Assembly (NCBI GenBank): GCA_020427745.1
Contig: JAGQOC010000076.1
Location: 1 to 55,844 of the forward strand
Direction: 5' to 3'
Origin: Phycisphaerales bacterium
GTDB taxonomy: Bacteria > Planctomycetota > Phycisphaerae > Phycisphaerales > UBA1924
Length of the DNA: 55,844 nt
Below, one piece after another: positions 44,687-54,147 of the stretch; position 1 is the first letter of the stretch, and every line of letters begins with the position of its first letter. The position numbers and the translations under genes are program-made. The notes under the pieces are model-generated. The model ran no database searches. It saw nothing but the letters and a program-made list of their open reading frames with translations, and had not been told where the DNA came from.

Positions 44687-45388
44687 CTACGCATCCATCG
44701 GCGCCTTGGCGCCGATGATCGAGATCCATCGCCCCCGCCCGCCCTCGACACCGTCGCACGCGGTCACCTCGTGCTCGGTGCGTTTGTCAAAGAACACCAG
44801 GTCGCCCGATGTGATCCCCAGATCACCAAAGCCCGAGATCACCCCGCCCCCGGGCGGGTGCATGAGCAGGTCCCCGCCATCGAAATCGATCCCCGGGGTC
44901 GTTAGTTGGAGCCAGCACTGGAGCATCGGCGTCGGGTGCTCGAAGGGGACATCCGTGTGTCTTGGGTACCCGTCCGAACCGTCCTCGTACTTCGTGATGA
45001 TGTGCAGATCCCCATAGTTCTTTGCTCGATACACCGGTGTGTTGTTCCACACGGACTCGATCTCATCGCGCGAACGCATCACCATCGCGTGCACCTCGCC
45101 GTGGTAGGTGCCGGTCTCGTTGCACGGGAAGCAGTAGATCCGGTGCACCATGAACCGCTTCAACTCTTCGCTGTAGAGCCACGGCAGCACAAAGTCAGGC
45201 TGCTCCACGCTCGTCGGCTTCTCCTTGCTCCGCGGCGCGTGCGCAAAGAGCTCGTTCATCTCCGCGAAGTATCGCCCGAGCTGCTCCTCGTCGAGGAATC
45301 CCCTAACAACATGAGCCGTACGCGACGGATCGAGGATATCCCGGCGGGCCCTGTCCACATCGATCTTCATCTGTTCAAGCGTGCTCAT
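44687..45388 (-). CDS. 2OG-Fe(II) oxygenase-like protein (233 aa)
   Basis: Start ATG 45388. YPRHTDVPF (HxD) and a later TEHEVT (distal His), in a double-stranded beta-helix-like context. The upstream extension overlaps the methyltransferase gene. Confidence 0.5.
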   Translation of the reverse strand: MSTLEQMKIDVDRARRDILDPSRTAHVVRGFLDEEQLGRYFAEMNELFAHAPRSKEKPTSVEQPDFVLPWLYSEELKRFMVHRIYCFPCNETGTYHGEVHAMVMRSRDEIESVWNNTPVYRAKNYGDLHIITKYEDGSDGYPRHTDVPFEHPTPMLQCWLQLTTPGIDFDGGDLLMHPPGGGVISGFGDLGITSGDLVFFDKRTEHEVTACDGVEGGRGRWISIIGAKAPMDA

Positions 45389-46394
45389 CAGCAAACTCCT
45401 TCTTGCGCGCCACCGCCCACAGCGGGAACCACGGGCGGCGTTCGAGCCGTTCGATCGAGAAGCCCAGCCCCTCGACCAGGTCCACAAAGTCATCGGCGTA
45501 CATCGGCAGGTCAAACCTGGGCGTCAGCGCATCGAAGCTCACCTGCAACTCCCGGGCGAGCATGGTCCGCCGGTCGAGCCCCGCCGTCATATGCGGCCCC
45601 TGGATCACCCACGGGCTCCAGCGGTGCGCGAAGTCCGCGCCCTTCTGCCCGAACTGCTTCGTGAGCCGAACGGTCCCCCACCTCAACACCGGACCGGCGA
45701 GCCTGAGCGTGTTCCAGAGCAGCGGTCTCGGCAATCGCGTCGTCAGCCAACGGTATTTGTACTTCGCGGAGCCAAGGAAATAGCTGCTCCGATGGTACGA
45801 GTGCGCGAACAGCAGCCCGCCGGGACGGACCATCCTCGCCGCCCGAGCGAGCGTTGCCGCGGGATGCGGCGTGTGCATCATCATCCGATGACAGACGACC
45901 AGATCGAAGCTCGACGCGGGGAACGGCAAACGGCTCGCGTCTGCACGCACAAAGCGCACCCGCGGATCGTCGATCACCCTCGCCGCCCGGAAGATCGACT
46001 CCGAGAGATCCACCGCGGTCACCGAGCCGATCCCGCGTGCGAGCAGATAGCTGGTGTCGTCGCCGAGCCCCGCGCCGATCTCCAGACACCGGAGCCCGGA
46101 GAGATCCCGCTCGTGAAACCCCGTCCGCAGATCCATCTCCGCGAAGTGCACACGCTGCATCTGTCCGTCGCGTGCGACCACGGCCCGCGTCTTGTTCCAC
46201 TGATACCCAAAGCTCGCCGAGTAGTTCTCCGAGCGGATAAAATCCACCACGCCGTCCCGGAGGACCGCGGCCGTCCGCCCGTCCTGGTCCACGAGCGTGT
46301 CGCCAACCCAGCTAAGCGGGTTGCCGTCGGCGTCAGAAAACCCACTGCCCTGCGCAGCCTCGGGCCCGCAAGCTCTCGCGACGAGTTGGGTCAT
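45375..46394 (-). CDS. Class I SAM-dependent methyltransferase
   Basis: Motif I LEIGAGLGDD, a post-I acidic residue (VTAVDLS), and FDLVVCHRMMMH. 14-nt overlap with the downstream oxygenase-like gene. Confidence 0.8.
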   Translation of the reverse strand: MTQLVARACGPEAAQGSGFSDADGNPLSWVGDTLVDQDGRTAAVLRDGVVDFIRSENYSASFGYQWNKTRAVVARDGQMQRVHFAEMDLRTGFHERDLSGLRCLEIGAGLGDDTSYLLARGIGSVTAVDLSESIFRAARVIDDPRVRFVRADASRLPFPASSFDLVVCHRMMMHTPHPAATLARAARMVRPGGLLFAHSYHRSSYFLGSAKYKYRWLTTRLPRPLLWNTLRLAGPVLRWGTVRLTKQFGQKGADFAHRWSPWVIQGPHMTAGLDRRTMLARELQVSFDALTPRFDLPMYADDFVDLVEGLGFSIERLERRPWFPLWAVARKKEFADEHA

Positions 46395-46512
46395 GCGCAG
46401 ATTCTCTGTGGTTGCCGAGACATACCCAGATTTCGGCGATCCGATCGCCGGATCTTGCGATTTTCAGGGATGATCCGCCCAGAGTGGCACCGCCCAAAGA
46501 TCGGCAACCAGT

Positions 46513-47583
46513 CTATGGCGTGTAGTCTTGGCCGAGCAGCCCGTTGAAAGTCCAGCGATAGTGCATATCCAACTCGGTACTCTCACCGAGCCCGGTCACC
46601 GGAATCGGGAAGGTGTCCAGCGGGATGTACCGCTGACGCCAGACAGTCGGCGCGGGGTAGTTGAGCGGGTTGGCGGCCGGGCGAGCTTGCCCGGTCTGTT
46701 CGGTGTTGATCGAGCCGTCGAACATCAGCTTCGCGGGCGCCGCAAAGCTATAGGCGAAGAACGAGTCGACGAAGGTCTCGCGATCGAACTCCTCGAACAT
46801 ATACACCTTCCGCGATGGGAACGCGACCTCGGTCATCATCCGACCATTGGAGAGGGAAGGCGTGAGATTCGATGATGTGGTGTAAAAATTTGTCGTCTCG
46901 GAGATCGGTCCATAAGTATCCGGCATCCGTGGCGCCCACGCCGCGGGAACCGTTTCGTAGCTCGTTGTAAATGCCCAACGCTGGAGAATCGCGGGCTCCG
47001 ACCAGCTTGATGACTGGTCGTATCCAAACGGCGGGGATCCATTGGCATACGGAACCGAACTCCCGCTGTGGTAGTCGTGCGGATGGCGTTGCCAGAAAAT
47101 CAGGTTCGCGTCGGCCGGATCTGCCCAGATAAACGGCCGGATCGACGGACCCATGAAATCCCAGAGCGGGAGATGCGCATATCTGCGATGCGCCAGATGT
47201 GAGGTCAATCTCCGAATACCATCGTTTTGCAGCGCGATCCGCCCGGTCATCCGCATCAGGATTTCCTGGTTCTGAAACCCAGCCGCCTCTTGATCCGAGA
47301 TGGGCGTATAGATATTCCCATTGGGCATGGTGTACGACACACCGGCCTCCCACGAATAGGTCGGGATCCGGTCGCTGTTGACCGCCGAATACATCGCCGC
47401 TCCCTGCCCGATGATCCCGAGGTTCCGCTCGCTGGTCGTCGCAAACTTCTGTTTCTTGGCAATATTCAGCGTCGGCGCAGCCACCGCGGCGACCGTCGCG
47501 CAGACCACCACCAACGCCGCGAGATCGACCAGTGTGAACCCCCGCTTGGCGCTCGTTTCCGGGCTCTGTTCGCTTGTGTTCAT
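46513..47583 (-). CDS. Prepilin-like N-terminal helix protein (pseudopilin/DUF1559-like), paralog 2
   Basis: ATG 47583 preceded by GAGGAGG. KRGFTLVDLAALVVVCATVAAVAAP. Shares DRIPTY(T/S)W, SDQEAA..QNQ.ILM.MTGR and a C-terminal YRWT..GL.G.DYTP with paralog 1. Confidence 0.6.
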   Translation of the reverse strand: MNTSEQSPETSAKRGFTLVDLAALVVVCATVAAVAAPTLNIAKKQKFATTSERNLGIIGQGAAMYSAVNSDRIPTYSWEAGVSYTMPNGNIYTPISDQEAAGFQNQEILMRMTGRIALQNDGIRRLTSHLAHRRYAHLPLWDFMGPSIRPFIWADPADANLIFWQRHPHDYHSGSSVPYANGSPPFGYDQSSSWSEPAILQRWAFTTSYETVPAAWAPRMPDTYGPISETTNFYTTSSNLTPSLSNGRMMTEVAFPSRKVYMFEEFDRETFVDSFFAYSFAAPAKLMFDGSINTEQTGQARPAANPLNYPAPTVWRQRYIPLDTFPIPVTGLGESTELDMHYRWTFNGLLGQDYTP

Positions 47584-47739
47584 CGTCCCCTCCTCGCATT
47601 CCAGAGCCTGACCCCGCGAGGATACCACGGAATCCCCCGAAGCCGCCGTGTCGGCTCAGAAAACCCGCAAAAATCACCCGGGTCCTGCTCGGGCGGATTT
47701 CTACGGAATTCCGGGCGGTTTGGTCGATGGTTTGCTGTT

Positions 47740-50700
47740 ATGGCTACATCCGTCCGCAAGAACAAGTCGTCCCGTCCGTATCGCGTCAAGGACCGCCAGG
47801 ATCCGCCTTCCGAGGGGCGTGTGCTCGCCGCGCGGGTGGGGTGGATCACGCTCGGGCTCCTCTGGGTGTTCCTGCTCGCCGGCTTGGTGAGCTTCAACGC
47901 CGCCGATGCGCCGTCCCACGCCGTCTGGCCGCACAACGCGCGGACGGCGAACTGGACCGGGCCGATCGGCGCGCATGTCGCCTACGCGCTGCTCCGGCTC
48001 TTCGGGCTCGGGATCGTCGTGCCCATGCTCTTCACCGGCGTCCTGCTCACGCTCCGCATCATCGGGCGACCGATGACCCAGCCGATCGTCCGCGTGTTCG
48101 GCGCACTCGTCCTGACCGCCGCCGTGTGCGTCGCGCTCAACGCGCTCTTCCCGAGCGCCGGCTCGCTCCCCGGTCTCCTCGGGGGCACGATCGGATTCGT
48201 CGGCGCGGGCGAGATGCTCCCGCGCTTCGCCATGGGCGGCACCATGCTCTGGGTCGTGCTCTTCGCCGCGATCGGGCTCCTCGTCACCTGCGACCGCTAC
48301 CTCTGGACCGTGCCGCTGGCGATCTGGGAACGCATCACCCCCGCGCTGGCGCACACCCGCGTCGCCGCATCCGGGATCGCGGGGATGGCGGGCACCACCG
48401 CCTCGCGAGTCAACGCGTCGACCGATATCGCAACCGAGCGTTCACGCAAAGCCGGCTCAGGGTTGCTCGCCGGGCTCACCGGGATGCTCCGCAAAGCCAA
48501 GCCCGTCCGCTATGTCCGCGTCAACGACATCGACAACGAGCTCGTCGCGGTCGACCGCATCGAGGAGCCAAAGCCCGCCCGGGCCCCCAAGCCCAAGCGT
48601 GTTGTGCGACCTGTCCCGCAGCCCGTCGATGAGGACGAGTACGAGGACGACGAAGAGGTCGGCGCCCCGCAGGTCTTCGACCGCGAGGATCTCAAGGCCA
48701 AAATCGCCAAGCTCCCCGTCCGCTTCGCCCAAGCAAACAAAGAAAAAGCGACCGAGGAGGACCTCGCCGAGTTCCAGAACGCGATGGACCTCAAGGGCTA
48801 CAAGTTCCCAGGGCTCGATCTGCTCGAGGAGCCCGAGGAGGGCTTCAACGAGAAGCTCGAATCGCTCGTCCGCGGGCAGGCCGAAGCACTCGAGGGCTCG
48901 CTGCAGGAATACAAGATCAACGGCGAGGTCGTCGACATCGAGTCCGGGCCCGCGATCACGCTCTACCACATCCGGCTCGCACCCGGGACCAAGGTCGCGC
49001 AGATCAACGCGATCGAGAGCGACCTCGCTCGTTCGCTCAAGGCCGTCAACATCCGCGTTGTCGCGAACATGGAAGGACGCGACACGATCGGCGTCGAAGT
49101 CCCCAACCCGACCAAGGAGCGTGTGCGTCTCAAAGAACTCATGAGCAACCGCGACCGTTTCGGGTCCATGAAGCTCCCGATGTTCCTCGGCAAGGACGCC
49201 GCGGGCGAGCCGCTGATCTCCGATCTGACCAAGATGCCGCACATGCTCATCGCGGGCACAACCGGCTCGGGCAAATCGGTGTGCATGAACACCATCATCA
49301 TGTCGTTCCTCTACACCAAACGCCCCGACGAACTCAAGCTCGTGCTCGTGGATCCCAAGATGGTCGAGATGTCGCAGTTCAAGGACATCCCGCACCTCAT
49401 GTGCCCCGTCGTCACCGAGATGCCCAAGGCCGCGGCGATCCTCGAGTGGGCCGTCACCAAGATGGACGAACGCTACGAGCTGCTCGCCGACGCGGGCTGC
49501 CGCGACATCGCGGGCTATAACGAGCTGGAGTGGGACGAGCTCAAGGACCGACTCGAGATCGAGACCGACGAGCAGGCGATGCGCATCCCGAAAAAGCTCC
49601 CCTACATGGTCTTCATCATCGACGAGCTCGCCGACCTTATGATGACCAACAAGGAGGTCGAGGGCTCGATCATCCGCATCGCCCAGAAGGCCCGCGCGGT
49701 CGGCATCCACCTCATCCTCGCAACGCAGCGTCCGCAGGCCAATGTCGTCACCGGGCTCATCAAGTCCAACATGCCCTGCCGAATCGCGTTCAAGGTCGCA
49801 TCGGGCATGGACTCACGCATCGTCCTCGACCAGAAGGGCGGCGAGCTCCTGCTCGGACAGGGCGACATGCTGCACCTGTCCCCGAGCAGCCACGAGCTCA
49901 GCCGCGCGCAGGGAACGCTCGTCGACGACAAGGAGATCCGACGCGTCGTCAAGTTCCTCAAGACCATCTCGACGCAGAACTTCGAACGCTCGCTCGTCCA
50001 GCTCAAGGGTGACCAGGACGGCGACGAGGAACGGTTGTACCTCTCCGAGAACAACTCGTCCGCGTCCCTCAAGGCCGCCCAGGAGGACCCGCTGTTCGAC
50101 CGCGCGGTCGAGATCGTGCTGGAAACCAAGCGTGGATCCGTCTCGCTGCTCCAGCGCCGGCTCGCGATCGGGTACACCCGCGCCTCACGCCTGATCGACC
50201 TCATGGGCATCGCCGGGATCATCTCCGATCACAAGGGATCGGTCGCCCGCGATGTCAAGATCTCCATCGAGGAGTGGGAAGCGATGAAGGAGCTCGTCGC
50301 CGAGGAAGCCGCCCGTGTCCAACGCGGCGGCGACCCCGATGACCCGCACCAGGAGCTCATGTTCGCAACCGAAACCGAGAGCACCGAGGATCCGGACACG
50401 GACGAGTACAGCGACGATGTCGCCGACGCACCCTTCGTTGCCGACGAGCCCAACGCCGCCGTCGAGGTCCACGCCCACGCGCTCGATGAGGAGGAGGAAG
50501 AAGAGGAATACGAGGACGAAGAGGTTGAGGACGAGATCGACGAAGACGAAGAAGAGTACGAGGATGAAGACGAAGAAGATGATGAGGAAGAGGATGACGA
50601 GGAGGAAGAGTACGAAGAAGAGGTGATCGAGTATGTCGACGAGGACGGCAACCCGATCTCCGAGGAAGACCTCGCCGACTACGAAACGGAAGATGAAGAC

Positions 50701-50796
50701 GAGGAAGACGAAGAGGAAGACGAGGACGAGTACGAGTACGAAGAGGAAGACGAATACGAGGACGAGGAAGAAGAAGCAGAGGCAGCCCCCCGCTGA
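47740..50796 (+). CDS. ftsK: DNA translocase FtsK with a long poly-acidic C-terminal extension
   Basis: N-terminal TM helices. Motor domain HMLIAGTTGSGKSV and YMVFIIDELADLMM. Gamma domain SLLQRRLAIGYTRASRLIDLM. About 170 further residues dominated by Glu/Asp. The 47227 start is rejected. Confidence 0.9.
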   Translation: MATSVRKNKSSRPYRVKDRQDPPSEGRVLAARVGWITLGLLWVFLLAGLVSFNAADAPSHAVWPHNARTANWTGPIGAHVAYALLRLFGLGIVVPMLFTGVLLTLRIIGRPMTQPIVRVFGALVLTAAVCVALNALFPSAGSLPGLLGGTIGFVGAGEMLPRFAMGGTMLWVVLFAAIGLLVTCDRYLWTVPLAIWERITPALAHTRVAASGIAGMAGTTASRVNASTDIATERSRKAGSGLLAGLTGMLRKAKPVRYVRVNDIDNELVAVDRIEEPKPARAPKPKRVVRPVPQPVDEDEYEDDEEVGAPQVFDREDLKAKIAKLPVRFAQANKEKATEEDLAEFQNAMDLKGYKFPGLDLLEEPEEGFNEKLESLVRGQAEALEGSLQEYKINGEVVDIESGPAITLYHIRLAPGTKVAQINAIESDLARSLKAVNIRVVANMEGRDTIGVEVPNPTKERVRLKELMSNRDRFGSMKLPMFLGKDAAGEPLISDLTKMPHMLIAGTTGSGKSVCMNTIIMSFLYTKRPDELKLVLVDPKMVEMSQFKDIPHLMCPVVTEMPKAAAILEWAVTKMDERYELLADAGCRDIAGYNELEWDELKDRLEIETDEQAMRIPKKLPYMVFIIDELADLMMTNKEVEGSIIRIAQKARAVGIHLILATQRPQANVVTGLIKSNMPCRIAFKVASGMDSRIVLDQKGGELLLGQGDMLHLSPSSHELSRAQGTLVDDKEIRRVVKFLKTISTQNFERSLVQLKGDQDGDEERLYLSENNSSASLKAAQEDPLFDRAVEIVLETKRGSVSLLQRRLAIGYTRASRLIDLMGIAGIISDHKGSVARDVKISIEEWEAMKELVAEEAARVQRGGDPDDPHQELMFATETESTEDPDTDEYSDDVADAPFVADEPNAAVEVHAHALDEEEEEEEYEDEEVEDEIDEDEEEYEDEDEEDDEEEDDEEEEYEEEVIEYVDEDGNPISEEDLADYETEDEDEEDEEEDEDEYEYEEEDEYEDEEEEAEAAPR
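50485..50775 (+). repeat. GAR-rich (GAA/GAG/GAC) low-complexity coding tract encoding the poly-Glu/Asp tail of FtsK
   Basis: Continuous runs of gag/gaa/gac codons with occasional tac (EEEEEEYEDEEVEDEIDEDEEEYEDEDEEDDEEEDDEEEEYEEE...). Confidence 0.85.
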
Positions 50797-50823
50797 CCCG
50801 ATGCAGCCCAGCAACCCCCTCTC

Positions 50824-50846
50824 AACCCGGCGATGCCGGGTTTTTC
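50824..50846 (+). terminator. Intrinsic terminator after ftsK
   Basis: AACCCGGC-GAT-GCCGGGTT followed by TTT(C). Confidence 0.65.
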
Positions 50847-50954
50847 AATCCCCGCGCCGCCCGCGCCCGAGAAACCCGCAACCCCCGAATCCCAAGGACC
50901 TAGAATCCAATGCGTCCAGGAGGAACGCCGGGCGCACCACGAAAGGAAACACCC

Positions 50955-52760
50955 ATGCAGGTACGGATCACCCGAGCACACACCGCCCTCGTCTTCGCGG
51001 GCATCACAACCCTCACACTCCCCGCGATCGCAGGCACACCCGCCGCGATCGATCGTGTCCCCACGGACGCGCCCGTTGTCTTCGGGATCAACAATGTCCG
51101 CTCATTGCTCGCGGATATCGACCAGTTCAACCTCATGCTCGGCGAGGACGCCAACGCGGAAATGATGATGGGGGTCATGATGATCCGCGGCATGGAGGGG
51201 CTCAACCTCGACGGCTCCGCCGCGTTCGTCGTCTACCCCGACATGGAGGACGACCACGCAAACCTCGGCGAGGATGACGATGACGATCACGACAACGGAG
51301 ACGACGAGGGCGAAGACCACGACGAGCCCACGATGATCGCGATCGTCCCCGTCTCCGATTTCGCGGCACTCACCCACGGACGCGAGCCCGTCAACGGGCT
51401 CGTCAGCTACCCCCTCCCGGAGGACCAGACCGGCTACTTCCGCGACATCGGCGACGGATTCGCGCTCTTCGGCAACGATCCCGAGGCCGTCCTCGGGTTC
51501 GACGGCTCCAAGGGGCGCATGAAAGCAAACAACACCCTCATCGGGCAGGCCGGGCAGGGCATCGCGGGCGACTCGGACATCTTCATGTATGTCAACCTCG
51601 CCGAGATGGGCGACGAGATCCAGCAGGCCAGGGAGGGCATGGAAGAACAAGGCCAGATGATCGGCGCGATGGGCGGACCCCAGGCCGCGCAGGGCTTCGG
51701 CTCATTCCTCAGCGCCTTTGATTCAATCGTCGAAGACGGGCAGGCGTTCATCACTGGCGTGAACTTCGACGCCACCGCGGGCGTCGCCTTCGATGTCGGT
51801 GTCCAGTTCAAACCCATGACCAAGAGCGAGGGCTATCTCCACAACGCCAGCGCCAACGCACGCCAGTACCTCAACCACATCCCGTCGGGCGAGTACTTCC
51901 TCGCGGGCGCTATGGACTTCTCGGGCAAGGGCGTCCAGCATCTCCTCAGCGATTTCATGGACCAGGCAGAGAAACAGGACACCCAGGGTATGCTCAAGGG
52001 GCTCAATCTCCTGGGCATGGCCAAGAACGCCAAGGGCGGGGCACAGGTTCTCGGTGCCTCCAACCCCATGGGCATGACCGGGCTGCTCACCAATCTCTAC
52101 GCCTACTACGAGTCGAACGACAACGATGCGATGATCGACTCGCTCGCCGGGATCTACAAGTCCGCCGACGGCATCGACGCGGAGGGCGTCTCCATCAGCT
52201 CCTCGTTCGATGAAAAGGGCACCGATATCGCCGGCACCACCGCACACGCCTACAAAGTGCGTTTCGCCACGGAGCAGCAGGACATGGGCGGGATGATGAA
52301 CCCGCAGATGATCAGCCAGATCATGTTCGGGCCCAACCTCGGACCAGCGGGCTACATCGGCGAAGCGGGCGGCGGCATCATCCAGACCCACACCACCGAC
52401 CAGAACGCCTACACCCGAGCCGTCCAAGCCGCACAGGGCAAGAACACCCTCGGTGCCCTCGATCTCGTCGAACAGTCCGCGTCCCACCTCCAGGACCACA
52501 CCGTCCTCGAGTTCTACTTTGGCGCCGACCACACCCTCAACACCGTCGGGCCCATGCTCATGATGTTCGGCGTCGTCCCCGAGTTCGAGCAGCTCGCCCC
52601 CCATGCCCCGATCGCGATGGGATTCACCGCCGACGGCGGCGGCGCCACCATGCGGACATGGGTCCCCATGCAGGTCATCGGAAGCATCATGGAACTCGTC
52701 CCCGAAGAAGCCATGAACTCCATCAACGGCGGCGGAGACGACGACGAGATGGACTTCTGA
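50955..52760 (+). CDS. Secreted hypothetical protein (601 aa) with an acidic His/Asp-rich insert
   Basis: AAAGGAA 6 nt before ATG 50955. Signal peptide MQVRITRAHTALVFAGITTLTLPAIA. Insert EDDHANLGEDDDDDHDNGDDEGEDHDEP. No recognised domain. Confidence 0.65.
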   Translation: MQVRITRAHTALVFAGITTLTLPAIAGTPAAIDRVPTDAPVVFGINNVRSLLADIDQFNLMLGEDANAEMMMGVMMIRGMEGLNLDGSAAFVVYPDMEDDHANLGEDDDDDHDNGDDEGEDHDEPTMIAIVPVSDFAALTHGREPVNGLVSYPLPEDQTGYFRDIGDGFALFGNDPEAVLGFDGSKGRMKANNTLIGQAGQGIAGDSDIFMYVNLAEMGDEIQQAREGMEEQGQMIGAMGGPQAAQGFGSFLSAFDSIVEDGQAFITGVNFDATAGVAFDVGVQFKPMTKSEGYLHNASANARQYLNHIPSGEYFLAGAMDFSGKGVQHLLSDFMDQAEKQDTQGMLKGLNLLGMAKNAKGGAQVLGASNPMGMTGLLTNLYAYYESNDNDAMIDSLAGIYKSADGIDAEGVSISSSFDEKGTDIAGTTAHAYKVRFATEQQDMGGMMNPQMISQIMFGPNLGPAGYIGEAGGGIIQTHTTDQNAYTRAVQAAQGKNTLGALDLVEQSASHLQDHTVLEFYFGADHTLNTVGPMLMMFGVVPEFEQLAPHAPIAMGFTADGGGATMRTWVPMQVIGSIMELVPEEAMNSINGGGDDDEMDF

Positions 52761-52794
52761 TTTCAACCAACCCCTCCCCATATCATCCGGGACG

Positions 52795-53694
52795 ATGACC
52801 AACAGCACCCCGGATATCTGGAAACCATCACCCACACGGGCGGTCCACGCGGACCGCCCGTGTCTTTTGGCGATCCTCAACCGCACGCCGGACTCCTTCT
52901 CCGACGGCGGCGAACTCGACACCCTCGAACGCGTTGTCCGCCGCGCAACAACCGCGATCGAGCAGGGCGCCGACATGCTCGACATCGGTGGAGAATCCAC
53001 CCGCCCCGGTGCACAACGCATCGACGCCGACGAACAGATCCGCCGGGTGGTCCCCGCGATCCGCGCAATCCGAGACGCGGGCATCAATTGCCCGATCACC
53101 ATCGACACCACCCTCCGGCGTGTCGCCGAATCAGCCCTCGACGCGGGCACCGACGCGATCAACGATGTCTCCGCCGGCACCGAGGACGACGGGATGCTCA
53201 CGCTCGCGGGTGAACGCTCCTGCGGCATCATCCTCATGCACCGCCTCTCGCCCCCCGACAAGGACTCCTTCTCCGACCAGTACACCTCCGAGCCCGCGTA
53301 TCGCGATGTCGTCAACGATGTGCTCAACTATCTCAGAGACCGCGCAAACGCCGCCATCGACCGGGGGATTGATCCCCAATCGATCATGCTCGACCCGGGT
53401 CTCGGGTTCGGCAAATCAGTCGGGCAGAACCTCGCCCTGATCCGGGGAACGGATCGCCTCTGCACGCTCGGGTTCCCCGTGTTCAGCGCCCTGAGCCGAA
53501 AGAGCTTCGTCGGGCGGATCGCACTCGGGCGTGATTCCGAGCCCGGCGAGCGGGTCGCGGGCTCGATCGCGTGCTCGGTATTGCATCTGGTCGCGGGCGC
53601 CCGGTTCTTCCGCGTGCACGATGTCGCCGAGCACCGTCAGTCGCTGGACGCGGCTTGGGCGGCGCTCTCAGCCCCCGAAGTCGGGGCGGATTGA
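52795..53694 (+). CDS. folP: Dihydropteroate synthase
   Basis: ILNRTPDSFSDGG, DIGGESTRPGA, INDVS and DPGLGFGK are canonical pterin-binding (DHPS) motifs. Confidence 0.9.
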   Translation: MTNSTPDIWKPSPTRAVHADRPCLLAILNRTPDSFSDGGELDTLERVVRRATTAIEQGADMLDIGGESTRPGAQRIDADEQIRRVVPAIRAIRDAGINCPITIDTTLRRVAESALDAGTDAINDVSAGTEDDGMLTLAGERSCGIILMHRLSPPDKDSFSDQYTSEPAYRDVVNDVLNYLRDRANAAIDRGIDPQSIMLDPGLGFGKSVGQNLALIRGTDRLCTLGFPVFSALSRKSFVGRIALGRDSEPGERVAGSIACSVLHLVAGARFFRVHDVAEHRQSLDAAWAALSAPEVGAD

Positions 53695-53778
53695 GCGGGT
53701 TTTTGACCCGGAGCGACCTATGATTGACCCCGCGGCACGCCGCACAATCAACCCCATCGATCAGGAAGGATCCAACCC

Positions 53779-54108
53779 ATGGCAGGTGCGAATACACTCG
53801 AGTTCACGGACGCAAACTTTGACGCCGAGGTCATCAACTCCGACACCCCCGTGCTGGTGGACTTCTGGGCCGAGTGGTGCATGCCGTGCAAGTCACTCGC
53901 CCCGACCATCGACGCCGTCGCCGACGAGTTCGCGGGCAAGGCCAAGGTCGGCAAGGTCGATATCGAGGCCGCTCGCGACATCGCCATGAAGTACAACATC
54001 GGCGCGATCCCCACCGTGCTGATCTTCAAGGGCGGGGAGATGGCCAAGCAGTTCGTCGGGCTCACGAGCAAAGACGACCTCGCCAGCGCACTCAACGAAC
54101 TGAGCTAA
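53779..54108 (+). CDS. trxA: Thioredoxin
   Basis: VLVDFWAEWCMPCK active site (WCxPC), GAIPTVLIFKGGE, and a size of 109 aa. Confidence 0.9.
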   Translation: MAGANTLEFTDANFDAEVINSDTPVLVDFWAEWCMPCKSLAPTIDAVADEFAGKAKVGKVDIEAARDIAMKYNIGAIPTVLIFKGGEMAKQFVGLTSKDDLASALNELS

Positions 54109-54147
54109 CCACACAACACACCACTTTTCATACCAAAGGACATCTCC

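Noticed and set aside
47227-47739. FtsK starting at 47227 (1189-aa ORF).
   Set aside because: The extension overlaps the minus-strand pseudopilin-like gene and is Arg/Pro/His-rich junk. A sensible start, MATSVRKNKSS..., at 47740 is followed by TM helices.
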